Shown piece after piece: positions 38,285 through 49,250 of a DNA stretch of 64,000 bases. Below the pieces are notes generated by a model, which saw only the letters and a program-made list of their open reading frames with translations, searched no databases and was not told where the DNA came from. Position numbers and translations under genes: made by a program. The stretch covers positions 1,681,682-1,745,681 of the forward strand of contig NC_069127.1 in assembly GCF_026914265.1 (NCBI RefSeq), given 5' to 3'. Source of the DNA: Mya arenaria. Taxonomy: Eukaryota. How positions within the stretch are numbered: the stretch's first letter is position 1; each line of letters starts with the position of its first letter.

Positions 38285-38519
38285 GTAATTTATTCACCAA
38301 TACTGGATGTCTCATAACATAAAGAAAGTATGGGTAGATCTTCCAATATTTATAATGGTAACTGATGTATCTGTTGATTCATTTATCCATTGATATGTAG
38401 GTATTAAAAAAAACAACAACACAAAATAAATACTGATAAATTGTTTCCTTGCCGTAAAAAAGACTTGAAATGTTTATGTTTCAAAACCATGGAAACCTTT
38501 TGTGTTCCTCTTGTTCTAG

Positions 38520-38657
38520 CGTACGTTGACTAAGGCGACGGTGGAGATGTTACCTGAGCAGTCTATAGCAGACGGGTTTCAGCTGCTTATTGGGCTGGCA
38601 GAGATACATGTGCCCAGAATGTGGGTAGAGAGAAAGACAGGAGACACAAACCATCAG
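38520..38657 (+). CDS. PARP4: PARP4 exon 17 (RTLTKATVEMLPEQSIADGFQLLIGLAEIHVPRMWVERKTGDTNHQ)
   Basis: Acceptor ttgttctag. Donor CAG|gtactt at 38658. Human ..GLSAAYLPRMWVEKHPE. Confidence 0.8.
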
Positions 38658-38923
38658 GTACTTAGTCGGTCATAGCGAGGGACAGATAGTATCTAGGTTA
38701 CTTTGCCTGTCCATAGTCTAAGGATGGGTTTCATCTGCTAATAATGTTAGAAGTTTATAGCAGTTTACTAAGAATCCCTTCCTTCTTACAAATTATAAAA
38801 CTAATGATTGTAACAGGATTGCCTGAAACCGACAGAGACAAAATGGAACAATGAAATTATTTTGTTGACTTTTTATTTCTCAGAAATGTTATGTTATACT
38901 TATTCATCTTGTTTAACTTGCAG

Positions 38924-39110
38924 GCATGCATGCTGACATTCTACCCACAGTTTGAGGCTTGTGAGTCTGAGACCTCTTGTGTTACTTTTCTACTTGACCT
39001 GTCCAACTCCATGAAGGGTGACACACTGAGTAATGCCAAGAAAGTTCTCCTCCTATCCCTCCAGCTTTTGCCTGCAGCCTGGACATTCAACATTGTTGTG
39101 TTCGGAACTG
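38924..39110 (+). CDS. PARP4: PARP4 exon 18 (start of vWA: ACMLTFYPQFE..VTFLLDLSNSMKGDTLSNAKKVLLLSLQLL..NIVVFGT)
   Basis: Acceptor aacttgcag at 38922-23. Donor CTG|gtcagt at 39111, phase 1 out. Human ACMLVFQPDL..IICLDCSSSMEG..NIIQFGTG. Confidence 0.85.
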
Positions 39111-39457
39111 GTCAGTATTACCACTGTTGTCGATGGACCTTAAAATGAAGGTCTTTTATGGTATCATTATAATTTCCAATTTTAACAAAATGTACCCTGC
39201 TCCATCTGCTATTCTTTGCTTCCCCTTTATGTGGATTTGGCTGAACCACAACAAACTGGCTTAAGAAAGATTCAAGAGCCCAAATGTTCTTTTGACAATA
39301 GCATTCTCATTCTGAATTCTGAAAGTTTTGTGATGTGTTAAAACCTGAGATATTTGTAAAGAACTTTACTATTTGTTTCTTATGTATTCAGTCTCATTCA
39401 TGGCTTGTTTAGTTAGTGTTAATTATGGAAATCTTTACTTTGTATATCTGATTTCAG

Positions 39458-39531
39458 CATTTAAAGAGCTGTACCCTGTGTGTATGCCTAAGACCACAGC
39501 ACGTGTGAAACAGGCTTCAAACTTTATCATG
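39458..39531 (+). CDS. PARP4: PARP4 exon 19 (AFKELYPVCMPKTTARVKQASNFIM)
   Basis: Acceptor gatttcag at 39456-57. Donor ATG|gtatga at 39532. Confidence 0.7.
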
Positions 39532-39806
39532 GTATGAATGACACATGCACGTGTATCTGTATTAAGTTTTGATGTACTTTATTTTTGATAAAACTATTGG
39601 TTAAAGATCTTGAAATATTCTTTAATGGTTGGTACTATAGTTAGCACATTAATTTGATGTCATTTCACACCTAGTAAACTGTCTGTCTATATATATTCAG
39701 TACAGTTTAATATTCTTACATTTGACTGGTTTGTTGTCTAACGTTAAAGGGTCATCAGATTTAGGGTATTCCTGTTTTTGCATTTTGAACTATTTTGTTT
39801 GTGCAG

Positions 39807-39994
39807 GGCTTGACAGCAACCCTTGGCAACACGGAAGTTATCCGACCCATGCACACATTCTACCTGCTGAAGCCTGAGTCATCCATGCAGAACGTCTTCC
39901 TCATCTCTGATGGACACGTGAACAACACGGACGTAATATTGGAGGCAGCCAGGCGGAATGCAGAACATACAAGGATTTTTACCATGGGTGTCAG
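39807..39994 (+). CDS. PARP4: PARP4 exon 20 (vWA: GLTATLGNTEVIRPMHTFYLL..VFLISDGHVNNTDVILEAARRNAEHTRIFTMGV)
   Basis: Acceptor tttgtgcag at 39805-06. Donor CAG|gtgatt at 39995, phase 2 out. Human MGNTDF..ILLVSDGHLQDES..RPHTRLFACGIG. Confidence 0.85.
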
Positions 39995-40454
39995 GTGATT
40001 ATAGTTTGTGCTTTTAAACACAATCTACATTAAATAAAAAAAATGTCTTTGTCCTCCTGTGTGAAAAGTTCTAAATGTTTGTGATTGTGATCTTAAGTGT
40101 TTATATTTTCAACCTATCTCCTTGCTCTTGTAATGGCTGCCATGTGAAACTTCATACAAGTTGCATTGTGAGCACTGTTTATCAATTTTGGGTGTAAGAT
40201 TTTCAGAGGTGTCCATTTAAGAAAAAGAAGACCATTTTCATGTTCATCAATTTATCTGAATAGAATTATCGTCATAAACAGAATGATGATACTAGTAGAC
40301 CTTATACAACGACAACAGCAACATCAACAACAAACTATTTGAACTGAGGTTAAACTATGCCACTAGGATTCTACAAAAAAAACTGTATTTAAGAATTCAA
40401 TACATATATTTGAAATCACACAATTGTAACTACATGCAAACAATGTATTACCAG

Positions 40455-40554
40455 CTCGACAGCAGACACCCACATGTTGAGATCCCTGGCCAGGGTTGGA
40501 GCAGGGGCCTATGAGTTCTTCGATCCCAAAGTCAAGTCCAAGTGGGAGGGAAAG
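40455..40554 (+). CDS. PARP4: PARP4 exon 21 (SSTADTHMLRSLARVGAGAYEFFDPKVKSKWEGK)
   Basis: Acceptor ttaccag at 40453-54. Donor AAG|gtaaga at 40555. Human STANRHVLRILSQCGAGVFEYFNAKSKHSWRKQ. Confidence 0.85.
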
Positions 40555-40955
40555 GTAAGATGGGATTTATGCTGAGCTATTTTCATTCATTTTGCATTCA
40601 ATTTTTATCATGATCTCATCTGTTTGTGATCAAGTTTTAAAAATATATTTGTATCAATTAAAATCTGAAATGTCAGCTGTTATTTTAAACCATTTAGGAT
40701 ATTTTAATGACTCTTGGCACACATGTTCATAATGACATAACCCACATATTATTATAATTATAATCAGGGGTGAGAATCTTGCATGGATTGAGTTTTTTGT
40801 CTTCTAAGCAAATATCTTTAAATGCAATCTTTAAGGCTTGTAAAATACTCCAAACCCAAGTTTTGAGAGGTCTTCACCCCCTGTGTCCCCTACCAAGGTC
40901 GTACCCTGGACCACTAGCGTAAAGTTCAGGGATTTTTCTATTCAGTCATTCTAAC

Positions 40956-42007
40956 TAGGGATGCAAACGAATATTCGAATATTCGAATATTCGATCAAAC
41001 GTTTGGTATTCGAATGGCAAAATCGGTATTCGAATATTCGAAAAAAATGTTGAATAAATAAAATAAAAAAACCTTTGACCTACAAGGCTGCAATTGTGTA
41101 TTTAGTTCTTTTGTCATGTTTTTACAATGATTGGCCCCTAATGCCAGAGGTGTGAATGTGATGACAATACACTAAACACGCGTCATATGTCATTTAGGGA
41201 CATATCGCCTGGTACTATAAAAAGTCCCCGTAATTTTACAACTTGCTATTGGACAAGTGACACCAATGCCTTTGCCAATTAAGGATTTAAGGAAACGGCC
41301 TTCACACTAATGTGCTGTCTTGGTTCACACTGATGTGCTATCTTGGTTCACACTAATGTGCTGTCTTGGTTGCAGATTAAGCTATGCAACATTGCTCAAA
41401 TTGCCGTGATACTATGTATGGCATTTGCTACAATAATGCAGATACATGTATGTGCTGTTAACTGTTTTCCATGTTTCGTTGCACTGTTCTTGCTTTGAAA
41501 TGTTACTGTATAGTATAGCGTTTTAGGATATATTGCCTCTATTGATGTAGAAGAATCAAATTGATATATGTTTCGTTTTATCATTTTACAAGTTCCCGAG
41601 TTGGTTTGGTATATAAGGTAGAGGTCTATCCCAGAACGAGACTGCTCGTCCTACGGAAAGACCCTCCGTTGGCTCATTACGCCATATGATTAGGAATCCA
41701 TCTAATTTCACATTGTTTCACAATATGAAGGCAGCGGAATTATTCGATTTTGATTTTTGATTGTTCATAATGAATTACCGTTTTCTATATAAAAATGGGG
41801 AATTTCAGAGACTCATATGGGGAAATAAGGGTCCGCTGCGCGTAGTTGCTACAACAAAGAAGGATCAAAATGAATTGGCTATTACTTAAGCGAATGATAA
41901 TAATAGTTTAATACAACTTTGAAAAGATGTATTTTGGTTATCGAATATTCGATTGAAAGAATTACCGAATATTCAAATATCAATTTTGCCATTTGTTTGC
42001 ATCTCTA
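40956..42007. mobile_element. non-autonomous hAT-like element (1052 bp) with Ac-like TIRs TAGGGATGCAAAC / rc TAGAGATGCAAAC and a perfect 8-bp TSD ATTCTAAC; in PARP4 intron 21
   Basis: TSD at 40948-55 and 42008-15. The TIR resembles the Ac/Ds terminus TAGGGATGAAA. Subterminal GAATATTCGAATATTCG repeats at both ends. Confidence 0.65.
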
Positions 42008-42094
42008 ATTCTAACCCCTGCTTTGTGATAAATCTCATCATTTGATTATGACTTGCCATGATCTAATACTGACAACCATATCTACATATGGCAG

Positions 42095-42265
42095 GTGAAA
42101 AGCCAGCTAGGGAGGGCATCCCAGCCAGGGCTGACGTCTGTGCATGTGAACTGGGAGCAATATGGGGCTGATGTCCCGTCCCCTGTGCAGGCCCCTCGAC
42201 AGATCACAGCAGTCTTCAGTGGATCCAGACAAGTCATATATGGATATGTCCAGAACTGTACGATG
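42095..42265 (+). CDS. PARP4: PARP4 exon 22 (VKSQLGRASQPGLTSVHVNWEQYGADVPSPVQAPRQITAVFSGSRQVIYGYVQNCTM)
   Basis: Acceptor atatggcag at 42093-94. The donor ATG|gtgcga at 42266 is weak and is supported only by frame continuity into the next exon. Confidence 0.65.
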
Positions 42266-42599
42266 GTGCGAAAACAGTTATATACAACCCTTAAATGCAT
42301 TTAATATCTTGGTTTGCAACTTGTACATTTTAATGATTATTTTATAATGATATTATTATTATTAAGTTCTTTTGGACACAGCGGTGCTCAGAGAAATGTT
42401 ATACACAATTGGATTAAATGCTTTCTTAAATCTCTATCTCAGGAGTGTCATGTGATCATTCTAAATATAACAATCATGATTCTCTGAAATTAAAAGCTGC
42501 AGTTGCATTTTTCCAGTAATTTTTATTCTTTTGATTTTAAATATTGTTTCATTTGAAAATAAGCATAATGTAAGACAGTTACTCTAAGGTGTAAATAAG

Positions 42600-43050
42600 T
42601 ATTGGTTATTGAATTTAATCAAGTATGGTTATTGAATTAAATTAAGTATTGGTTATTGAATTAAATTAAGTATTGGTTATTGAATTAAATTAAGTATTGG
42701 TTATTGAATTTAATTAAGTATTGGTTGTTGAATTTAATTAAGTATTGGTTATTGAATTTAATTAAGTATTGGTTATTGAATTAAATTAAGAATTGGTTAT
42801 TGAATTAAATAAAGTATTGGTTATTGAATTTAATTAAGTATTGGTTGTTGAATTTAATTAAGTGGTGGTTATTGAATTTTATTAAGTATTGGTTATTGAA
42901 TTTAATTAAGTATTGGTTATTGAATTAAATTAAGTATTGGTTATTGAATTTAATTAAGTATTGGTCATTGAATTTAATTAAGTATTGGTTATTGAATTTA
43001 ATTAAGTATTGGTCATTGAATTTAATTAAGAATTGGTTAGTGAATTGATT
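42600..43050. repeat. minisatellite with a ~30-bp unit (GTTATTGAATTTAATTAAGTATTG)n, about 14 copies, in PARP4 intron 22
   Basis: Direct tandem repeat. Confidence 0.85.
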
Positions 43051-43149
43051 TGGCCACCTCTAAATTGTTTTATTTCCTGAAGCCTGTGATTTTCTAATGT
43101 ATTATAGCTGCCTCAGTGTAAGTACATGTTACACTCAATGTGTCTTCAG

Positions 43150-43230
43150 GCAACATTACGAGCCCAGATAGCAGGTGATGAGGTCTCCACCATGGTCTCC
43201 ACCTCTGACCTCAGCATTACAGAAGGCAAG
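43150..43230 (+). CDS. PARP4: PARP4 exon 23 (ATLRAQIAGDEVSTMVSTSDLSITEGK)
   Basis: Acceptor gtcttcag. Donor AAG|gtatgg at 43231. Human QATLCALIQEKEFRTMVSTTELQKTTG. Confidence 0.8.
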
Positions 43231-43534
43231 GTATGGTGTTGAAATAAGACAAGCATTTTCAAGTGAATGTCTTCTCAACAGACAATTCTTAAAGACACAC
43301 ATATGAAGGACAAAACCTTTTTTTTATTTGAAATATATTTCATGCATTTTGTAGATAATACCAATGAAATTGACACAATGTTTAAACTTTTTTTCCAAAA
43401 GTATTTTCAAGTAAAATGGAATCTTGTATCTTCTGAAATATCTTATATGATAAGTCGGTGAAAAATGGATATTGCCATGTTTATGGCTTAATTCAAATGA
43501 CTGTGTCATCTCATGTTGAAACTGTTTTCTACAG

Positions 43535-43615
43535 CTCCTGCACCGTTTAACAGCAAGGGCAGTAATTCGGGACTGGGAGGATGGAATGCTCTCCCCTGAC
43601 AGGACAGACCATGAG
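43535..43615 (+). CDS. PARP4: PARP4 exon 24 (LLHRLTARAVIRDWEDGMLSPDRTDHE)
   Basis: Acceptor ttttctacag. Donor GAG|gtgggc at 43616. Human MIHKLAARALIRDYEDGILHENETSHE. Confidence 0.85.
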
Positions 43616-43639
43616 GTGGGCTTATTGTATGAAGATTGA

Positions 43640-44200
43640 AATCTAGGACCAGGATTAAATGATGAACATGGAAATAAGTGATATGGTTTACTTGATGAAC
43701 ATAATATGGGATCTGGCTTAGGTTATGACCATAAAAATGCAGGATCTGACTGAGGTCACTGATGTGTAAACGTACATGTAGGCTCTGGCTTTTGTCATGG
43801 CCATTAAAATGTAGGATTTGGCTTAGTCCATGACTACATATATAAATGAACTGGCATATTCTTTGATATTGGAAATGCAGAATCTAGCTTAGTCTATAAT
43901 TTTTAAATGCAGAATCTGGCTTAATTTATGCTGTGGAAATGAAGAATCTGGGAAAAACAGTATATGGCTTAGGCTATGACCACGGAAATGTAGGATCTGG
44001 CTTAGTCAATGACCATGGAAATGTTGGATCTGGCTTAGTCAATGACCATGGAAATGTAGGATCTGGCTTAGTCTATGACCATGGAAATGTTGGACCTGGC
44101 TTAGTCAATGACCATGGAAATGTAGGACCTGGCTTAGTCAATGAACACAGAAATATAGGCTTAGGCTTGGCCTATGACAACAGAAATGTAGGATCTGGGA
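43640..44200. repeat. minisatellite with a ~33-bp unit (ATGACCATGGAAATGTAGGATCTGGCTTAGTCA)n in PARP4 intron 24
   Basis: Direct tandem repeat. Track ORF 43933..44322 (DHGNVGSGLVN repeats) is an artefact. Confidence 0.85.
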
Positions 44201-44287
44201 AAGAAGGTATCTGGCTATGTGTATGGACAGGAAATAGTAAGATCTTCCTCATACACATGAAAATGCATATTATTTTGTTGATTTCAG

Positions 44288-44389
44288 ATCATGAAGATGA
44301 ACACAAAGGACTTTATAATTGAGCTGAGCAAGGAGTATTCAATTGTGACACAGTTTACCAGCTTTGTTGCCATAGAGAAGAGAGACAAG
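44288..44389 (+). CDS. PARP4: PARP4 exon 25 (IMKMNTKDFIIELSKEYSIVTQFTSFVAIEKRDK)
   Basis: Acceptor gatttcag at 44286-87. Donor AAG|gtgggt at 44390. Human SLIIKLSKENSLITQFTSFVAVEKRDE. Confidence 0.85.
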
Positions 44390-44938
44390 GTGGGTAAGAA
44401 TGGTTGAGAAACACATGTTTATATTGCCCATGGTTTCTATACATCCTCTAACAAAGTTTAAAGGGGGTATATTTAAGTTTCAATTTGGTTGGTTGGTTAG
44501 GTGGACAGTCTTACGGCAGCCAACTTATTTCTTAGTTTACGAGGGAATGTTCCTAAGCTTAGAACCACAATGAAGTGTTCTTCTGCATAACAGATTGTTA
44601 TCAGTCAGCAATGTGGCTCAAGAATTACATGCTGCTGCACTTGAACTTAGATGCAATGCATATAGGCTATGACAGGAGTTTGTGAAGCCACCACTTCCAA
44701 CACAGTGTCTTTATCAGAACAAAACTTTTCACATAAAATTGTCACTGATAGATGTTACAGTAGTAAAATTAGAGGGATGTCAGCAACATAATTTAAATGT
44801 TTGCTTAAATCATAGACAAAGAATAGTTCTGTTTCTATTAATTTTATTAAAAGATATATGGTATACAGAAAAAGGTGAAAGATGTTTCTTGAAACTGTGA
44901 TTCCTTTTAAGCTGTCATGTCCATTTTTGTATGTTCAG

Positions 44939-45031
44939 GATGAGGAGAAGAGGTCAGTGGATGCGCCGGCGATGTCAGAGCTCGTGGAGAGGGAGGATGT
45001 GGACAAACTGCAGTACATGGGATATGAGGAG
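44939..45031 (+). CDS. PARP4: PARP4 exon 26 (DEEKRSVDAPAMSELVEREDVDKLQYMGYEE)
   Basis: Acceptor atgttcag at 44937-38. Donor GAG|gtatgg at 45032. This donor is duplicated about 12 times in the following intronic minisatellite. Confidence 0.75.
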
Positions 45032-45039
45032 GTATGGCT

Positions 45040-45730
45040 TGGCTGGGTTCAATGATATGAGGAGGGGGGCCTGGTGGGTTGAATCTAGGTTTTTTTTTCA
45101 ATCATATAAGGAGGTATGGCCTAATTGCTGGAATTTAGGGGCGTTTAATGATCTAAGGAGGTACGGCTTGGTGGCTGGAATCTAGGGGATGTTCAATGAT
45201 ATGAAGAAGTTTGGCCTGGTTGGGTGGAGATTAGAAGGTGTTCAATGATATGAGGGGTATGGCCTGGTTGGGTGGAGTTTAAAAGGTGTTCAATGATATG
45301 AAGAGGTATGGCCTGGTTGGGTGGAGTTTAGAAGGTGTTCAATGATATGAGGAGGTATGGCCTGGTTGGGTGGTATTTAGGGTTGTTCAATGATATGAAG
45401 AGGTATGGCCTGGTTAGGTGGAATTAGGGGCAGCTCAACGATATAAGGAGGTATGGCCTGGTAGGAAGGAACCTAGGGGGTGTTCAATGATATGAGAAGG
45501 TATGGCCTGATTGGGTGGAATCTATGGGGTGTTCAATGATATGAGGGGGTTTGGCCTGGTTAGTAGGAGTTTAGAAGGTGTTCAATGATATGAAGAAGTA
45601 TGGCCTAGTTGGGTTGAGTTCAGACGGTGTTCAATGATATTAGGGGGTATGGCCTGGTGGGCAGAATCTAGGGGATGTGCAATCATATCAGAAGGTATGG
45701 CCTGGAGGGTGGAATCCAGGGAGTGTTATG
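45040..45730. repeat. minisatellite with a ~57-60-bp unit (..TGATATGAGGAGGTATGGCCTGGTTGGGTGGAGTTTAGAAGGTGTTCAA..)n, about 12 copies, starting at the exon 26 donor; each unit carries a copy of the exon-26 3' end plus the GAG|GTATGG donor
   Basis: The repeat begins inside exon 26 (TATGAGGAG|GTATGGC) and propagates that sequence through intron 26. Confidence 0.85.
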
Positions 45731-45946
45731 TTTTGAAGTTGAATGTATTAGTTGATCTGTTTTCAAACTACGAGATGTCACAAATTTGGATTGTTTGTCT
45801 TCAGGGTTGTAGGTATAATTGTTATGAATGAAAAATTACATTTTGGACAAACTTATGCAATTGGTCAAAATTTTATAAATCAGTTCAGTTATTTCCTTAC
45901 AATTCTTGGTTTTATAATCCTGTAACCGTATGACAATATATACCAG

Positions 45947-46123
45947 GAGATGAAGCCTGATCTGGACTATGATAAGGAGATTGCTGCTGTGCTGACCAAC
46001 GTGAGACTTAACTTCATGTCACAGCAGAAACAGGTTGAGTTTCTCAAACATGGGTTCCAACTTCTTGAAGATGGTTCGTTCAGGGATAATGATTACGAGG
46101 CATGGCTACAGAAGAATAAAGAG
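45947..46123 (+). CDS. PARP4: PARP4 exon 27 (EMKPDLDYDKEIAAVLTNVRLNFMSQQKQVEFLKHGFQLLEDGSFRDNDYEAWLQKNKE)
   Basis: Acceptor tataccag at 45945-46. Donor GAG|gtttgg at 46124 (weak). Open frame of 59 codons. Confidence 0.65.
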
Positions 46124-46559
46124 GTTTGGTTTTTGTTTAAACATAGTTATCTGATTCACATATCTTAATGTGTACACTTGTATGTTCAGTAAAGAAAATG
46201 AATGTGTAAACATGCAGTTGATAATGTTTTTGTATATATATGCTTATGTATATTTCAAACACTTATTTGGTGCATTACGAAAACATACTCATAATCATTG
46301 TCTCTATATTGATACACTCTGGCCAACCTAGAATTCAATGTAATACTGTACATGTGACGTTTGAGGTTTAATTATCGTAATTTTTATATTTCTTACATAT
46401 TCGTTGACAAACACTTGACATGGAGCGGGTCTTTAAGAAAACTTGACGTAACTGAGAAATATGTCCTCATTAAAGTCTCATGTGATAAAAGTAAGAATGG
46501 TGATGCCCATGCTGTAACATACTTTAGCGCTTGTGGTTTTACATGTTTTTTTCCGTAGT

Positions 46560-46830
46560 GTAAAATGTTTAGGCTTTCATGGTGTAACATGTTTAGGCGT
46601 CCATGGTGTAGCATGTTGTGGAGCCCATGGTGTAGCATGTTTTGGGCCCATGGTGTAGCATGTTTTGGGCCCCATGGGATAACATGTTTTGGTGCCCATG
46701 GTGTTACATGCTTTGGAGCCCATTGTGTACCATGTATGGAGCCCATGATGTTGCATGTTTTGGTGCCCATGGTTAAACTTGTTTTGGGGTATACCATGTC
46801 TTGGGGCCAATGGTGTAACATGTTTTGATA
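46560..46830. repeat. minisatellite with a ~30-bp unit (GTGTAACATGTTTTGGAGCCCATG)n, about 9 copies, in PARP4 intron 27
   Basis: Direct tandem repeat. ORFs on both strands (46393..46930) are artefacts. Confidence 0.85.
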
Positions 46831-46981
46831 TCATGTTAATGTACATAATCCTTTTATGGTAGTTCACTACCATGGTATTTTTGATGAATAATATACCTGA
46901 TAGGATGCCAAGAAGTTGTGTTTTCATCAAATTACAAATTAATATGACAGAGTAAGAATGTAATGTTTGGCTTTCTTTCAG

Positions 46982-47057
46982 CTTGAGGAGGTTTATGATG
47001 ATTGGGACTTAGATGAAGACTTCAACTTTGAATCGACTTTCATGAGAAAAAGAATGA
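46982..47057 (+). CDS. PARP4: PARP4 exon 28 (LEEVYDDWDLDEDFNFESTFMRKRM)
   Basis: Acceptor ctttctttcag at 46980-81. Donor ATGA|GTGAGT at 47058, phase 1 out. Confidence 0.65.
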
Positions 47058-47089
47058 GTGAGTTTTTATCATCATCATCATCATAGATC

Positions 47090-47420
47090 AATAGGTCAAA
47101 GGTCAAGGTCAGAGTCAATAGTTAAGAAAGACTGCTGAATTACCATTGGATGTTTTGAACTAGGTCCATAAATCTTCATCAGTAAATTACTCTTCACCAG
47201 TAGAGGACATCTATTTTGTAGTTTTAAAGGTCAAGGTCATAGTCAATTGTCTTAGGAAAACTTTGTTGGCACAATAACTAGAGAACAGTTTGACCTTGGC
47301 AAAAGAAACTTCAGTGATTGGTTGCCCTTGACTATGTGATGACCCCTATTTGTGATTGGGCATCAGTTGATCCAAGGTCATATTCACAATTAACAGTCTT
47401 ATAAAGACTTCGACTGCAGT
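47090..47420. repeat. copy of a dispersed ~150-bp repeat family rich in GGTCAAAGGTCAAGGTCA / TGACCCCTAT motifs
   Basis: Shares its motifs with the four tandem copies at 51400..51960. Confidence 0.5.
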
Positions 47421-47583
47421 GCAAAGTTTAAAATGTTCATCTTCAAGTTCATAAAATACTTGATGCAACCGACATTAACCACTGCATTTGTCTTAAAACA
47501 CCTTTATTCAATTGTCCACACCTTTTTGAAAAAGTGTCACTTTAAGGACATAATGGTTGATAAACATCTATTGTTTTTTTAAG

Positions 47584-47687
47584 GTCAGCCAAAGAAGCAG
47601 CCACTGATAAATGTGAATGTTAGAACTTTAACTGGGAAAACAGTGAGTGTTGATGCCTCCCCTCACTCTTCTGTGGAGGAGTTAAAG
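47584..47687 (+). CDS. PARP4: PARP4 exon 29: first half of the ubiquitin-like domain (SQPKKQPLINVNVRTLTGKTVSVDASPHSSVEELK)
   Basis: Acceptor ttgtttttttaag at 47582-83, phase 1 in, which matches exon 28. Donor AAG|gtaagt at 47688. NVRTLTGKTVSVD parallels ubiquitin IFVKTLTGKTITLE. Confidence 0.7.
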
Positions 47688-47689
47688 GT

Positions 47690-48900
47690 AAGTGTTGATG
47701 CCTTCCTCTGTCTACTGTGGAGGACCTAAGGGTGAGTGTTGATACTTCCCCACTTTCTACAGTGGAGGGCTTGAATTTGGGTTTTGATGTTTACCCTCTC
47801 ACTATAGAGGGCTTGAAGGTGGGTGTGTGCACCTCCCATCTCTCTACTTTAGAGGACTTTAATGGTGGTGTTGATGCCTCCCCTCTTTTTACTGTGGAGA
47901 GATTAAATGTGGATGTAGATGACTCCCCTGTCTCTAATCCCCTTTCTACTGTGGAGAGCTTGAAGGTGGGTGTTTGCGCCTCCCATCTCCCTTATCTATT
48001 GCCTTTACTCCCCTCTCTCTACTGTGGAGGGCTTGAAAGTGGGTGTTGATGCCTCTGCTCTCTCTATTGTGGAGGGTTGAATGTGGGTGTTGATGCCTCT
48101 GCTCTCTCTATTGTGGAGGGCTTGAAAGTGGGTGTTGATGCCTCTGCTCTCCCTATTGTGGAGGGTTGAAAGTGGGTGATGATGCTTCCTCTCTCTACTG
48201 TGGAGGGCTTGAATGTGGATGATGATGCCTCCACTCTCTATTGTGGAGGGTTGAAAGTGGGTGTTGATGCCTCCCATCTCTCTATTGTTGAGGGTTGAAA
48301 GTGGTTGTTGATGCCTCCTGTCTTTCTATTGTTTTGGGTTGAAAGTGGGTGTTGATGCCTCCCATCTCTCTACTGTTGAGTGTTGAAAGTGGGTGTTAAT
48401 GCCTCTCCTTTCCCTACTGTTAATGGTTGAAAGTGGGTGTTAATGCCTCCTGTCTCTCTACTGTTAAGGGTTGAAAGTGGGTGTTAATGCCTCCTCTCTC
48501 TATTGTTGTGGGTTGAAAGTGGGTGTTAATGCCTCCTCTCTCTATTGTTGTGGGTTGAAAGTGGGTGTTAATGCCTCCTCTCTCTATTGTTGTGGGTTGA
48601 AAGTGGGTGTTGATGCCTCCTGTCTCTACTGTTGAGGGTTGAAAGTGTGTGTTAATGCCTCCTGTCTCTATTGTTGTGGGTTGAAAGTGGGTGTTAATGC
48701 CTCCTGTCTCTACTGTTGAGTATTGAAAGTGTGTGTTGATGCTTCCCTCTCACTACTTTTGAGTATTGAAAGTGTGTGTTGATGCCTCCCCTCTCTCTAC
48801 TGCTGAGGGCTTAAACATGGGTGTTGATGCCTCCCCTGTCTCTACGCCACTCCTCTCTTTACTTTGGAGGGCATGAGGATGGTTGTTGATGCTTTCCCTC
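47690..48900. repeat. minisatellite with a ~57-63-bp unit (GTGGGTGTTGATGCCTCCCCTCTCTCTACTGTGGAGGGCTTGAAA)n, about 20 copies, in PARP4 intron 29; derived from the exon-29 3' end (GTTGATGCCTCCCCTCACTCTTCTGTGGAGGAGTTAAAG|GTAAGT)
   Basis: The array starts at the exon 29 donor and its unit is recognisably homologous to the last 40 nt of exon 29 plus the donor. Track ORFs 47717..48049 (+) and 48005..48277 (-) are artefacts. Confidence 0.85.
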
Positions 48901-49250
48901 TCTCTACTGTGGAGAGCTTGAACGTATGGGTCAATGGTTCAATATCTTCTCATGATGTTATCAAAGTTACTTTGAAATCACTGTTTGAAACAGGAAAATC
49001 ATATTAAGCTGTTTTTGTTTAAAAAAAATCAAGCATTGTGTTTGAATTTCTAAGAAAAATTGTGTGTTCCAATAGGCATGTCAGCATCAATTTATTTATT
49101 GGTTTAATGCTGGCCAGGCAGAAACTTGATAATCATGATACTATTATTCTGCATAAACATGACATTTCTTTTCTTGTAAAAGATAACTCCGTAATTGAAA
49201 TTTCTTTTAAAATAAATTGCAGACAAATTAAACACTATGTTTTTTTACAG

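Noticed and set aside
46393-46930. ORFs on both strands rich in HG/WC/MF (46393..46821 -, 46565..46828 +, 46577..46930 -)
   Set aside because: They coincide with the ~30-bp minisatellite in intron 27 and have no splice-site logic.
47717-48277. ORFs 47717..48049 (+) and 48005..48277 (-) with VDASPLSTVEGLK-like repeats
   Set aside because: This is the intron-29 minisatellite. Read-through from exon 29 hits a stop after 13 codons, so it is not an exon extension as assembled. The similarity to exon 29 is noted as a finding instead.
49038-49250. N-terminal part of track ORF 49038..49427 ([20 protein letters not shown]..)
   Set aside because: It has an AT-rich intronic composition and no similarity to ubiquitin. 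The real exon starts at the ttttttacag acceptor (49251), where ubiquitin homology and correct phase begin.
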